64,000 nt of DNA from Lytechinus pictus (Eukaryota): contig NC_087245.1 of assembly GCF_037042905.1 (NCBI RefSeq), positions 35,962,001-36,026,000 of the forward strand, given 5' to 3'. The position numbers were made by a program, and so were the translations under genes. Of the stretch, positions 13,751-25,552 are shown in pieces (position 1 is the first letter of the stretch; each line of letters begins with the position of its first letter). The notes below the pieces were generated by a model. It was given only the letters and a program-made list of their open reading frames with translations, was not told the DNA's origin and did no database searches.

Positions 13751-14569
13751 TAATTGAAATGAAATCCAGACTGTTTAATTGATAAAACATAACAAGTGGA
13801 GGGAGGGTAGATGAAGACTCAAATTATGAGATTTTGCTGATAGGATTTCCTTATCATTTTTATTTGAGCATGATCATCAATCCGATAATTCTAAAAAGAA
13901 AATTAGACCTATCTCTTTCTCTGATTATCTCCTGGCTGTGCTTAGCCCATACATGTAGGCCTATAGTTCAGCGAAGCGAGGGATCGATGTAATCGGTACA
14001 AAACGATCAACTCCTCTGGTATGCGTCATCTTCGAAAAGGTGTTGACTTAAATTGTCTGCACATGTGCCCATGAATTCCCGCCAAAACTATTCCATAGCC
14101 TAAAGTGCAGGACTCTGATGGAGGCTCTTGGATGCCGCTAACAGAGAGAGTATCAATTTTACATTTTTCTTATTCGTGCAGTAATCTACACTCTGATATG
14201 AAGATGCGACTCTCATATGAATGAGCTGGGTATTCAAAAACCATCCCTCATCCAGTTTATTTTATGATAATATTGCAAAAAGTATATTTAGAAAATATTG
14301 AATTAAAATAAAAAGTAAATAAATAAAATAAATTCATCAATTTCGTCATTGCCATTAGATCTAATGAAATTACGTAATTTAATCAACTTTAATGTGATTG
14401 GATTTAGTTAAATAAATAATTGAAAAATATAATACTTGGAAATCAAGTAATTGCGAACACTAAATTATCGAAAAGCCAAACTCACTTTGCTTTGTTAATT
14501 CATACCGCAATTTGTCCATGTTTTATATCCATCATCATTACAAGACATATTGAATGAGATATGTATCCC

Positions 14570-14910
14570 AGCCATGGCGTAATTTCCTTCAGTAAAAAAT
14601 GTATCCACATTGTGCTGCACTCAACCCAGGTGAGGTGAAGGTTACCCGGCAAGATTAATTCCTTGAATGCACTGAGCGCTGAAAGGCAGCTCGAGTTAAA
14701 GCCAGGGTAATGATAATAATAAACAATGCGCCTCCGAATAGATTATTTCTAAATAGATGGCGTTATATAAATGCCTTTTATTATTATTATCATTATCATT
14801 ATTATTACTATTATTGTTATTATTATAAATATTATTATAATTATTATTATTATCATCATTATTTTATTATTATTATTATCATCATTATTATCATTATATT
14901 ATTAATTATT
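14570..14910 (+). mobile_element. 5'-truncated SINE with (TTA)n tail
   Basis: tatccacattgtgctgcactcaacccaggtgaggt is the reverse complement of 32074-32108; ends in (TTA)n at 14778-14910. Confidence 0.8.
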
Positions 14911-16658
14911 TAAAATGATATTGATAAAGCCACATGCCACATTTACATACAAGTAATTTTCAGCATAATAAACATAATGATAACATAATACTCAACAATG
15001 TATTGTTCTATAAAGTCAAACAAAAATCATACAGGGAAATTTTTCTCCTTTTTAAAACATGTATTATAAACTATTAAAAAATACAGATAATATCGTATAA
15101 TGAAAATGTGAGAGACCGCCATCTCAAGCTCGGAGCTTGAAATTGATGGAGGCCTCAAAAGAAAAGGGGAGAGAAAACCAGAATATACAATGCAATGAAA
15201 GAGCCTTTTCTTTTATTGCACAAAATGATAGCAATGTAGGAAAGGAAAGGTGGTTATGGAAAGAAAAAAAAATTGAAAGTTAAAAGTTAAATATTGAATG
15301 TTAAAAGTGAAATTGCAAGTATGGAAGTGAGCGGGTGTGCGCAACGGGGGGGGGGGGGTGCCGATTTTCTGTGTGGAACGTCCTCATATTAATTTGAAGC
15401 TCCATATATCTCTAGTTTATATTTCAAACCAAACTGTATTTTTTTCAAAATCATTTCATTTGTAAAGAGCCGATTTCGAAGTCCTTATTACGTGGTTTCC
15501 ATTATTGTTTCGCAAAGATCTTCAGCTCAACCGTTTCTCTCAGACTCACTATACATCAATAATTCACATTGACCTTACGCTTACCTGTCGAAATCTTTTT
15601 GGGGGCAACGATTTTTGGAACCCACCTCCCAGCTCATAACATAAAATCCTCGTTACTGCTAAAATAAGGTTTATGATTTCTTTAGATTCCATTTAAATTA
15701 TAGGCTCTTAATTGGGACAGAAAACTGAGAAAAAAAATAAGAAAAAAGATGTTAGTGTCTTTGGAGCGAATTCACAATGAAGATTCTGCGAAATCCATCG
15801 TTTTGAATTCGGGCCAAATATTTTGATTTAAAATAGTATAATTTGTTAAATGTTTTAATTTCAAATTTCATTAATTTAAAAAATAATGTAATTTGTAAAA
15901 TATTTTGATCTTAAACTAATGTAATTTGAAGAGGTAATAGTTTGAATTTAATTACATTATTAGCGAGAGCATTGAAAAGACTTGATCCCATTGAAAATTT
16001 CCAGACAAAAATAGGAATTTTTTTAAATCTAAATGAAAATTGAGGTATATATTTTGCCATGTTAGAACAGTACTCGTTTTCGTCACAGTATGTTTTTTAA
16101 GAATTGTGTCATCCTTTCTTCAGTAGTTTGTTCAGTTGTTGTGCTTCGGAAAGCCGGAAGTCTATATAATAAAATGTGTCTTTATCTGACAATTATAGGT
16201 CTGAATATGTCAGATTTGAAACTCGATATTCTGGTAATACTCAATGAATGGTAGATACGAGCGTGGTGGGACAGAGCTTGCGTTGATAGTGTTCACATGT
16301 CCCTGACTTTATATAGAGGTAACCCCCTCGGTATTACCGGCACATCCAAAGTTCCTTCAAGTTGGCTTACATGACGGAGATATTCTGGGAATGTAAACTG
16401 ATATGATGAAGTTCAAACCAATGGTGTATCTAGTTAGAAGGACCGGGGGGGGGGGGGCAAGTAGCGTACTGAATGGGAGGTTGTGGGTTCTATATCTTTG
16501 GTCGCACCAACGATTTACCATCGAGCCAGACGCTCGGCATAGAATGGGGAAGTGTATTGATACATTACCGAACAAACAGGAGTTTAGTGCATTTTACTCA
16601 AAATGGATGGGGTGCAAAATCCTGTAAATATATATATCCCCCTCTCATTATATTTTAC

Positions 16659-17122
16659 CCCGGGGAAGGGGCAGTCAAATATATTGCTGTGCACATGCGT
16701 GACCAAAAAAACCGCGTTTTTAAAAGGGGGTGTTTTTCCGTTTTGGACGAGGCCCGCGCGTGCACTCGTTAAGGCGGGTATCAAAAAGACAGATTTTCAA
16801 GAAAAAGGTTGTTTTTAAAGACTGGTCAATGGTCTATCGCGGGGTCAAACGTATTTAGGGTATGTTTTTTCCAAAGTTTTTTTTAAAGACTAGCCAAACG
16901 TCTTTAGAGTATGTTTTTTCCCCCAAACTTTTCCCCCCGAGGTCATATATTTTGGCGACAACTTATTTAGGGGCCAAATTGTGTAAATAAAGCCCGCGAA
17001 AAACTTGTATGGGAGATTATTTTGCACACAGAGAAAAAACTCGTTTAGGGGTGTTTGGAAATAATTTGGACACGCACGTGTACAGCAATACATTTGACTG
17101 CCCCCCCCCCCCCGCCCCCGGG
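16659..17122. mobile_element. ~460-bp MITE with CCCGGG termini and perfect 8-bp TSD
   Basis: TSD tattttac on both sides; TIR ggggcagtcaaat..attgctgt; an inverted copy lies at 44700-45157. Confidence 0.9.
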
Positions 17123-19806
17123 TATTTTACGTCATGATCATAGCGTCGGCCGGAGCACCAGGCACTAGCGTGTATGTGTGTCTGTATTTGAGTTTTGTCA
17201 GACGTGTATCAATCAGATATGATTATTTACGTCTGGACCGACCTTTAACGTCACCATCCGAAAGACGTAAGACGTAGCTTATTCCCTCTCGCTGTTGAAC
17301 CTCGAGACATTTGTTGAGAGAACGGCGAATGAGTTAATATGAATTTTGAGGAAAAAAACTCTCATAGTTGTCTTTAGGTCTACACAATATTATAATGCCC
17401 CTGATCCCCATGAAATGCAATTAAATTTTAAGATCCGCCTTCCTGAGAGATAAAAAAAAATGGATTATATGGGGAGGGGTATTTATAGTTAAGTGCTGTT
17501 AGAAGTATTTTGTTTTGTCTCGCACTGGGCATTTAAATAAATAACAATACCCAGTATTTATGACGCACTTTTCCAAAATGGCCCAAAGCGCTCATAATTT
17601 CAATATTGCACATACATAAAACGAAAGCAGTTGCCTAAAACAGAAAGGTTTTTAGGGACTTCTTGAATGATTAGATTGTTGTGAGAGGGCGTTTGTTCCA
17701 TTCCATTGAGGATGCAACACTTCTTTCTCCGGTCTGTTTTCGTTCATTTTGATATATATCAGCTTAAGTCTTATTGGGTCTTGAGAAGATTTAGTTCCTT
17801 TACCAGGGTTCTGGGACATTTTAAACCATTCGGCAAATATTTTGGGCAAGGTTATTAAGTGATATATACCAAAAGAAGTAGCTTAAGATTATTCATTAAT
17901 GTCTAATAGGGAGCCAGTAAATAATGCGAGCGCGAAGCCCGAAATAAATGTCAGTATTTACTGACACGAAGAGGGGTGATTTTAACCACAATTTGTAATT
18001 GTGGACGGGAATGCACAGGCCCTTAATTCTCATGAAACGAATAATGCGTGCCCGGAGCGCAGGCTAATATATTTTTGGTAGGCTTGTCCTGAAAAGTGAC
18101 ATAAAATAAGTACTTTTTTGTTATACCTCAGATCTCAATAATAATAATAATATAGTGTCTATTTATCATCACCAAATCTGAAGAGTGTTATGAGTCTATT
18201 CTGACGTGTTATGCCATCCGGAACTATTGTGCTTTAACAAGAGAGTGGAACGATCGAAAGGCAAAATAATATCTCCTCATATGAATTCAAATTATTTGCA
18301 AATTAATAAAATACGACTAATATCTTGTCAATATAATTCCATTTTTTTAATTGTGTTCCTTAACTCTACAGGATGTTTCTAAAAAAAAAGGTAACCGAAG
18401 TTCAAAGGTCAGCCTTATCAAGAATACATAATCAATTCTTGTGATTTCTATTCTGCATAACCATAATAACCGAGTATCTTATCAACTTTGATTTGACACC
18501 TTTCTTGCGTCACAATTGTCACGGGATACAGAATTATGCACTGTTAAAAAAACCCTGATTTGCAGGAAAAAAACAGAAGATTTTGCAGAAAGCAATAACA
18601 GAATCATTCTGTAAATTCATTTTTTTTAAATGCCAGAAACTCACCAAAATTTAACAGAGGGGATAGGATTTTACTGAAATTTTGAAGGGAACACTCTGAT
18701 GAAACCAAAACCTTACAACATTCACGCATGCACTGTATATTAAGACCCTAAAAAGTGGAAACAGTAGCTTTTGTATACCCTATACACCTTCGATGAACCA
18801 TAACTCTGTACCTCGTAGAATTGTGATCGATGCAAGGAATTGGTGTCAAATTAAAGTTGATGGTAAATCTTGGAGATATGTGTGCTTGTGTGTGTGTGTT
18901 TTTAATTACATATCCATGTATCTCACGAAAGTGCATGGGAAAATCCCGGGGAGGGGGGCACTTACATTGACGATCGAGTGGATACCATGCGCGACCAAAA
19001 AAACATGTAAAAAAAACGGGATGTCTTTTTCAAGATAGGGCTCTTTACATACGTAACGTAATAAGGGTGTCAAAAACACTAAAATAATGAAAAAAGGGTA
19101 TCTATTTTCGCTAGGAGAGCTACGTGTTTAGGGTCAAATTTGCGGGGTACAGCCCGATAGACCGCGGGTCCGATAGACCGCGGGTCCGATAGCCCGCGGG
19201 TCCGATAGACCGCGGGTCCGATAGTCCGCGGGTCCGATAGACCGCGGGTCCGATAGACCGCGGGTCCGATAGTCCGCGGGTCCGATAGACCGCGGGTCCG
19301 ATAGCCCGCGGTGTGTGTAAAATTATGGTCAGGATATAGTGAGATCCAATGCCATCAAGAGGTCAAAAGGCCAATGATACGAGTCCATTGGGGTTCTATA
19401 ACGATGACCCAAAGGACAATCGCCCCTGACATCTACTTCAAGGAAAATATTATCCCCATATTTTATCGTCAGGGACTGTTACCCCCCCCCCCGGAAATTT
19501 ACCCTCTAGACGCCATACGGAGCCATCGACTTGACGACATGGCGAGATACTTTATCTTGCCATGTCGACTAAATAATGGCGCGATACGTTATCCTGCCAA
19601 ATCAGTCCACTTATAAAAAGTTATATGTCAACATGGCGAGATATTTTATCTTGCCAAGTCGACTTAAATAAGTTACATGTCAACATAGCGATATATCGGG
19701 ATTCTCGCCGGGGCTTGTTACACTTCATATCTCGCCATGTGGACATATCGACTTGACAAGATAGAATATATCGCTATGTCAAAATAATAAGCGTATTAAT
19801 TACTTA

Positions 19807-20121
19807 GGCGGCGGAAGCGGGGGGGGGGGGACCTTTCCTCCTAAATTTGAGGTGGGGGACGGTCCCCCCTAGATTTTTAGTTGAGAACCTTTTTTTTTGC
19901 TTGTCAATTTGTTTTCTACGTCCCCCCTAAATTGAGGTGGACCCCCCCTAAAATATTTTTGTCCCCCTAATTTTGGTTTATAACATTTTTTCTTGTCAAA
20001 AATTTTTCAAAATTGGTGGTCCTTCCTATAAATTTTGGTTGATTTGCTTGTCAATTTTTTTACCTGTGTCCATCCCAAAATTTCAGGTGGACCCCCCTAA
20101 TTTTTTTTGCCTTCCGCCGCC
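19807..20121. mobile_element. Small MITE nested in the foldback element
   Basis: TIR ggcggcggaag / cttccgccgcc; internal ccccctaaatt repeats. Confidence 0.75.
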
Positions 20122-20348
20122 AATTATTAATTAAGACATGGCAAGATAAAGTACAACGCCATGTCGTCACGTTAATGGCATTTTCAAGGCTCCATACTAG
20201 GGGTAATTATCCGGGGTAATTATCTGGAGGGTAAATTTCCGGAGGGGGGGGGGGTATCAGTCCCCGCCGGTAAAAATATGGGGATAATATTTTCCTTGAA
20301 GTAGTTGTCAGGGGGTGATTGCCCTAATTGGGTTATTGTTATAGAACC

Positions 20349-23300
20349 CAGGCGCGGATCCAGGATTTCGTGGGGAGGGAGTGGGGGGGGGGGGGGGGCA
20401 AATTTGACCTGATTTTTGGCGCCCATATGTGTACTTTTCGAAAAATGGCGCCCACTCCCTCCCGGCCGCGCGGGCTAACTAAAGTGCCTTAAATGGATTT
20501 TGAATTATCTTATAATCACATTTAAAAAAAACCAAAGACCACTTTTTCATGTGTTCTTGAAAAAAAAATCCATGAATATATAATGTAATATCAATGGGAG
20601 CGCAAAGCACGAGCGATTTTTTTTTTTTTTTTTTTTTTTGGGGGGGTTCAATTTGGTTTAACTTCTTACCAGAGTAGGCCCTACTAGAATATTCTGTGAA
20701 CGGGAGCTGTAGTTTCTGTACTGTTGTGTTAGAATACCCTTCAATAATATTAATGATAACATCTTGGGAATAATGCAATCTCGAAGCAATCGACTAATTC
20801 TCCTCATCAGTGGCGTATTTATTCAGCATGGGTGCACGGGGGGGGGGGATGGGTGGCGAGGGCACCAAGTAAAAAAAAAAAATGAAATGGGGGGGGGTAG
20901 ACGTCAAAGAAAATCTGATATTTCATTCTTAAAAACAAATTGAGGTATCTCACAAGGCCTAAATAAATAATGAGAACGCGAAGCGCGATCTGATTTTTTT
21001 TTATAGAGTTATCATGTATTATATCCTGAAAGCCTAAGTCAGGGGCGGACCCAGCTTCCGCCATTAGGGGGAGGGGCCATTTTTTCACCCATATTTTCCC
21101 CGATCGGCCGCTCAAAGTTGATTTTTTTTTGGTTTCTTTGAAGGGGTTGTCCCAGTGCCGTAATGAGCCAACAATTTCGAGGGGGCTCGATATGGTGTAT
21201 CGCATAAAATTAATAAGAAGTTGCCAGTGAGCGAAGCGAACAAGCAAATATGCTGACATTTTTATTACAAAAATACAAGGTTGTGATAGATTTTTACATA
21301 ATATTTGGAAAATAATATTATATTTCATCCTTATCCCTTTCCTTTTCTCTCTATTTTTTCTTAGTCTTGATTCTCTCTTCTTCTTTTTTTTTTTGGGGGG
21401 GGGGGCAAAACACCCATGTCCTAACAGTCATTTCCTAGCTTTACTTTATAAGCAACATAAATGTGTAATAATCTCTTAAGCCCTATGTAATCTAAAAATG
21501 AAATTTCATGTATTTTGTCCTGAAAATTGAACATTTTGGGCAATGTTTGTGAACCTGAATAGCGTATATAACTAGATAATTACCACGAGCGCGAAGCCGA
21601 GCAGAAATGTTAAATATTCGTTCTGGCCTGAGTGAAAAGGGACATGTTAAGGATGTTTTGCAGTTAGCCATTAAGACGATACATATTTCAACGATTAAAT
21701 AATGCGAGCGCGAAGCGCGAGCTGAACATTTTTGATATTCCAACCTAAAAAGATGAGATTTCAAATCCCCCAATGGGACATTCGATTCATGTTTGTCAAT
21801 CATAAAAAAGAATGGGTAATTTTTGGTATCTTCCTACAATAATAATGCGAGCGCAAAGCGCGAGCAAATTTTTTTTGATATTCTGATTCGAAACTGGATG
21901 ATTTTAGCACGTTTTGAATAAGATCAAGCTTTGTATCCTAAAAACATGCGTGCGCGTGTTTTAGAGTTAGACAGAATCCTGGCAATCTGAATACATTTCA
22001 TTTTTCATCATAAAAATCAATAATGCGAGCGCAGAGCCCGAGCTGAAAATAATATTTGAAATTCCGATATGAAAAGGGTCAATTTAAGCACTGTTTACAG
22101 CACTGTGTATATAGGGAAATCTGATAGCACTATATAAATAATGCGAGCGCGAAGCGCGAGCTGATATTTTATTATTTATTTGACCTAGGATCGAGACATT
22201 TTAGGCCTAAGGACATTTTGTCATCATATAAGAATGATGACTATCTTCTCTTTGTTTTCCTAAAAATTTATTTCTGAAAAAGGGACAATTTAGTTATAAT
22301 GAATTTATACAAATTTTATTTCATATTTATTAATCTGTTAAGCCTAATTGAGTGTGTGAAATTTGTTGACAGTGCATGAGGCCTGAAAACTGGATATTTT
22401 AAGTATTTTTGTAATCATGAATAGGATTCATTGGTTGATATATTTTTAGCAATTAATGCGAGCGCAAATCGCGATCCGGATTTTTCTTTTAATGGGGGGA
22501 TTTAAGTAGTATTGTTATAAAATTAATATATAGGTATACATAACTCACCAATCAAAACGCGAGCGCACAGCGCTAGCTCATAGGCCTTTATTATTTTTTT
22601 TTATAATCGAGACACCTGAAAAGGTATATTTAGAGAATCTTATATGAAATATAAAAAGACAATACATAGGCCTACTTGGCATATAGTGCGAGCGCACAAA
22701 ATGTTGCAAATGTTGATTCAAACCATAAAACGGACATTTTCCAGAGCACTTAAAACATAAATTGGTAAATAAAACAAAATAATGAAAGATCGATGTCCGA
22801 GCTGAATTATGTTTTGTATATTGATATCAAAACTTGATATTTTAAACTACATATCAGCCTATTGAGCTGTATTTATATACTGACTTAAGAAGGACTAAGG
22901 TATAATTCCTATTCTAATTGCTTGTCCTTTTCCCTTCCTTTTTTCTGTTTCTTACCCCTTTTTGCGCCACCATCTTTGCCCCCTAGATCGACCTATGTAT
23001 GTTGACTTGAAAAACACTAACACTTACATGTGGGATTGAAGCAGAGGATGCATACCTCATTAATCAAATATTGCGAGCGCGTAGCGCGAGCTGAATTTGA
23101 CAATAACCCTTTTTTGTGACCCTGAACAGGGTATCTATCTCGCTAAACAGACTTAAAACTCGAAAACATTTTTTTTTCTGTTATCGTAAAAACGGGATAT
23201 TTTAATTCAGCCGCATTAATTGAAGTTTTTTGGCAGGACATATATTTTACTATAAACAGGCAATGTTGCGTCCCCGGTCGAAAATGAATTTGCATGAAGC

Positions 23301-24327
23301 CCTCTAAGTTCAAGGTCAATTTGGCGCCCTCGGTTGAACATAAACTTGGTGCCCCCATCATGTGAAATATAACTTTGCCCTCCCTCCCCTCTCTGAAACA
23401 TGTATTTGTCGCATTATGGTCAAAATTCAAATTAGCGCTCCCCTAGTTCGAACATCAATTTGGTGCCCCGCTAGATCGAACATCAATTCGGCGCCCCATA
23501 GTTCGAACGTCATTTTGGCGCCATCAAATCGACGTCCAGGTCAACATCTCCCTCTTCCGTTTCCCATCTCCTTTTCTTTCTTTTTTCTTTCTTTTATCCT
23601 CATTCCCCTTCCTTCCTTTCTCTTTCTTTCTCTCTTTCTTTCCCCCTCTTCTTTTCCCCCCTTTCTTCTCTTTCCCCCATCTTTTCTTTCCCCCTTTTCT
23701 TCTCTTTTTGCTGTCTTTTCTTTCCCTCTTTTCTCGTTTTTCCTCTCTTCCAACTTACTCTCGCTCTCTTTTCTTCTTCTTTTCCCCCTTTTCCTTACTC
23801 CGTTCTTTTCTTTTCCCACTTCCACTTTTTTTCTCTTTTCCCCTTTACTTCTCCCTTTTTCTTTTTCTTTCCTTCTCCCTTTTTTCTCTTTTAATATTGT
23901 TTCTTCTCTCTCTCCCCTTCCTCCCTCTCTCTCTTTCTTATCTTCTTCCCCTCTTCCTCTCTCTCTCTTTTTTCTTATCTTTCTTTCCATCTTCCTCTCT
24001 ATTTAAATATTCTTCTCTTCGTTCCTCTTTTTTTTTTTCTTTTTCCTCCTTTTCCTTTCTCCTTTCTTTTCTTCTCTTCCTTTTCCCTCCTCTTTTTTCC
24101 CTCTTCTTTCCCCTTTTCTTCTCCCTTTTTTCTTTGTCTTTCCTTTCCCCTTTTTCTTCTCTTCCTTTCTCCTTCTTACTCTCTTTTCTATTCTCTTCTT
24201 TTCCCATCTTCCTCTTTCTTTTTTTATTCTCTCCCAGTTTCCCCTCTCCCCCCCTCTTTTTTTTGAGCTGGGGGTGGGGGGGGGGGGTGAGGCAGTTCCC
24301 CCTCGGCCCTCCATGGATCCGCACCTG
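20349..24327. mobile_element. ~4-kb non-autonomous hAT-like element
   Basis: TIR caggcgcggatcca / tggatccgcacctg; perfect 8-bp TSD atagaacc (20341-20348, 24328-24335); no transposase ORF seen. Confidence 0.88.
23545..24265. repeat. ~720-bp polypyrimidine/polypurine tract
   Basis: Almost only C/T on the plus strand; explains the F/L/S and K/R/E ORFs. Confidence 0.95.
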
Positions 24328-25189
24328 ATAGAACCCGGCCCCATGGCCTCGTATCATTTGACCTTTGGACCTCTCGATGACATTTGATATATCTGATCAT
24401 AATTTTACACACACTGCGGACTATCGGACCCGCGGTCTATCGGACCCGCGGACTATCGGACCCGCGGTCTATCGGACCCGCGGTCTAACGGACCCGCGGT
24501 CTAACGGACCCGCGGTCTATCGGACCCGCGGTCTATCGGGATGTCCCCATATTTGCGAGGGTGTAAAAAATTAAGACTAAAATGTTTTATAAAGGATGTA
24601 CTTTTTGCCCCAAGAGTCAACACTACGTGTTTAGAGTACGACTTTGCGCGGGATGTGGGAAGTGGGGCTTTACTTAAACCCAATCAGGTAAAGGTAAAAC
24701 CGACGACTGAGTGACATAACAATAAAAATATCGGTGTACTTGTTTAGGGGGTCAATTCAGGGAATACTTATAATTGCCAAGAGTATATTTTGTTTCCAAT
24801 ACTTAAAAAGGGTAGGGTTTCACACGCCAATACTTGTTAATGAATGGAAAATACGTGCCTGCTTTTCGAGACCCCATGGTCGCGCATGACTCGTCAATGG
24901 AAGTGGCAACCCCAACCCCCCCCCCCCCCCAGGGGCGGAAATCTCTCCCAAAAGGTAGGGGGGAAACTTGTCCCGGACAAGGGGCTGGAAAATTTGACAA
25001 GCAAAAAAAAAAAAAAAAAAGTCGTCCTAAAATGCATGTTTTATTTCGATTTTGAATGATGTATTTCTTACCATCATAAAAGACCACAAATAGTAGGGTG
25101 GACATTTGATATTGTGTCCCCCCTACTATTTTGAGTAGGGGGGCATGTCCCCCGGCCTTGCCCCCCCCCCCCCCCGACTTTGCTAGCAA

Positions 25190-25342
25190 CTTTGCAGCAC
25201 GAAGCTCGAGCGCGCTTGATGAGAGCGCGCGAGCGGCACCGGTGCGTGCACGGCGGACATCGGAAGCGCGCGATTTGTTTTGTGAGAAATTAAAAATGAC
25301 TGGAATATAATTTCCCAGATTTAAAAGTGTATCTGTACGATA
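25190..25342 (+). promoter_or_regulatory. Candidate CpG-rich promoter / 5' UTR of the USP37 gene
   Basis: Local CpG cluster (gagcgcgc, gcgcgcga, ETS-like cggaag) 60-150 bp upstream of the ATG. Position-based inference. Confidence 0.5.
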
Positions 25343-25552
25343 ATGGAGAAAAAACAAATAAAAGAACGATATAAAGGAATCATCTGTTCAGCTGGATACC
25401 AAGATAAGGATCTTTGGAGCCAAGTTAAGCATTCGAGTGTGGATAACTTAGCGCCATCATGGAAAGATGGCAGATTGCACATTGCTCAGTCCCATACAGA
25501 CTCATTTATGCTGGTTGTGGAGTACAGGAATGGAGTCCAGAAAACGTTCCCG
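25343..25552 (+). CDS. USP37: USP37 exon 1 (PH-like domain, first half)
   Basis: MEKKQ...SWKDGRLHI...MLVVEYRNGVQKTFP|gtaata. Confidence 0.85.

Larger units (their letters stand above)
19145..24548. mobile_element. Foldback (Mutator-like) element with long TIRs carrying a 17-bp minisatellite
   Basis: (ccgatagaccgcgggt)-type repeats at 19155-19310 are mirrored at 24415-24540; the TIR continues inward for about 400 bp; 9-bp TSD aaatttgcg / atatttgcg (one mismatch). Confidence 0.85.
18945..24930. mobile_element. Host MITE (halves 18945-19144 and 24558-24930) split by nested insertions
   Basis: cacttacattgacga..catgcgcgacca is inverted to tggtcgcgcatgactcgtcaatggaagtg; the halves rejoin across the atttgcg duplication. 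Outer limits approximate. Confidence 0.7.

Noticed and set aside
19155..19310. 17-bp GC-rich array as CRISPR or iterons
   Set aside because: Head-to-tail repeats without spacers, mirrored at 24415-24540 as part of a transposon TIR.
23362..24357. F/L/S-rich and K/R/E-rich ORFs on both strands
   Set aside because: Artefacts of the polypyrimidine tract.
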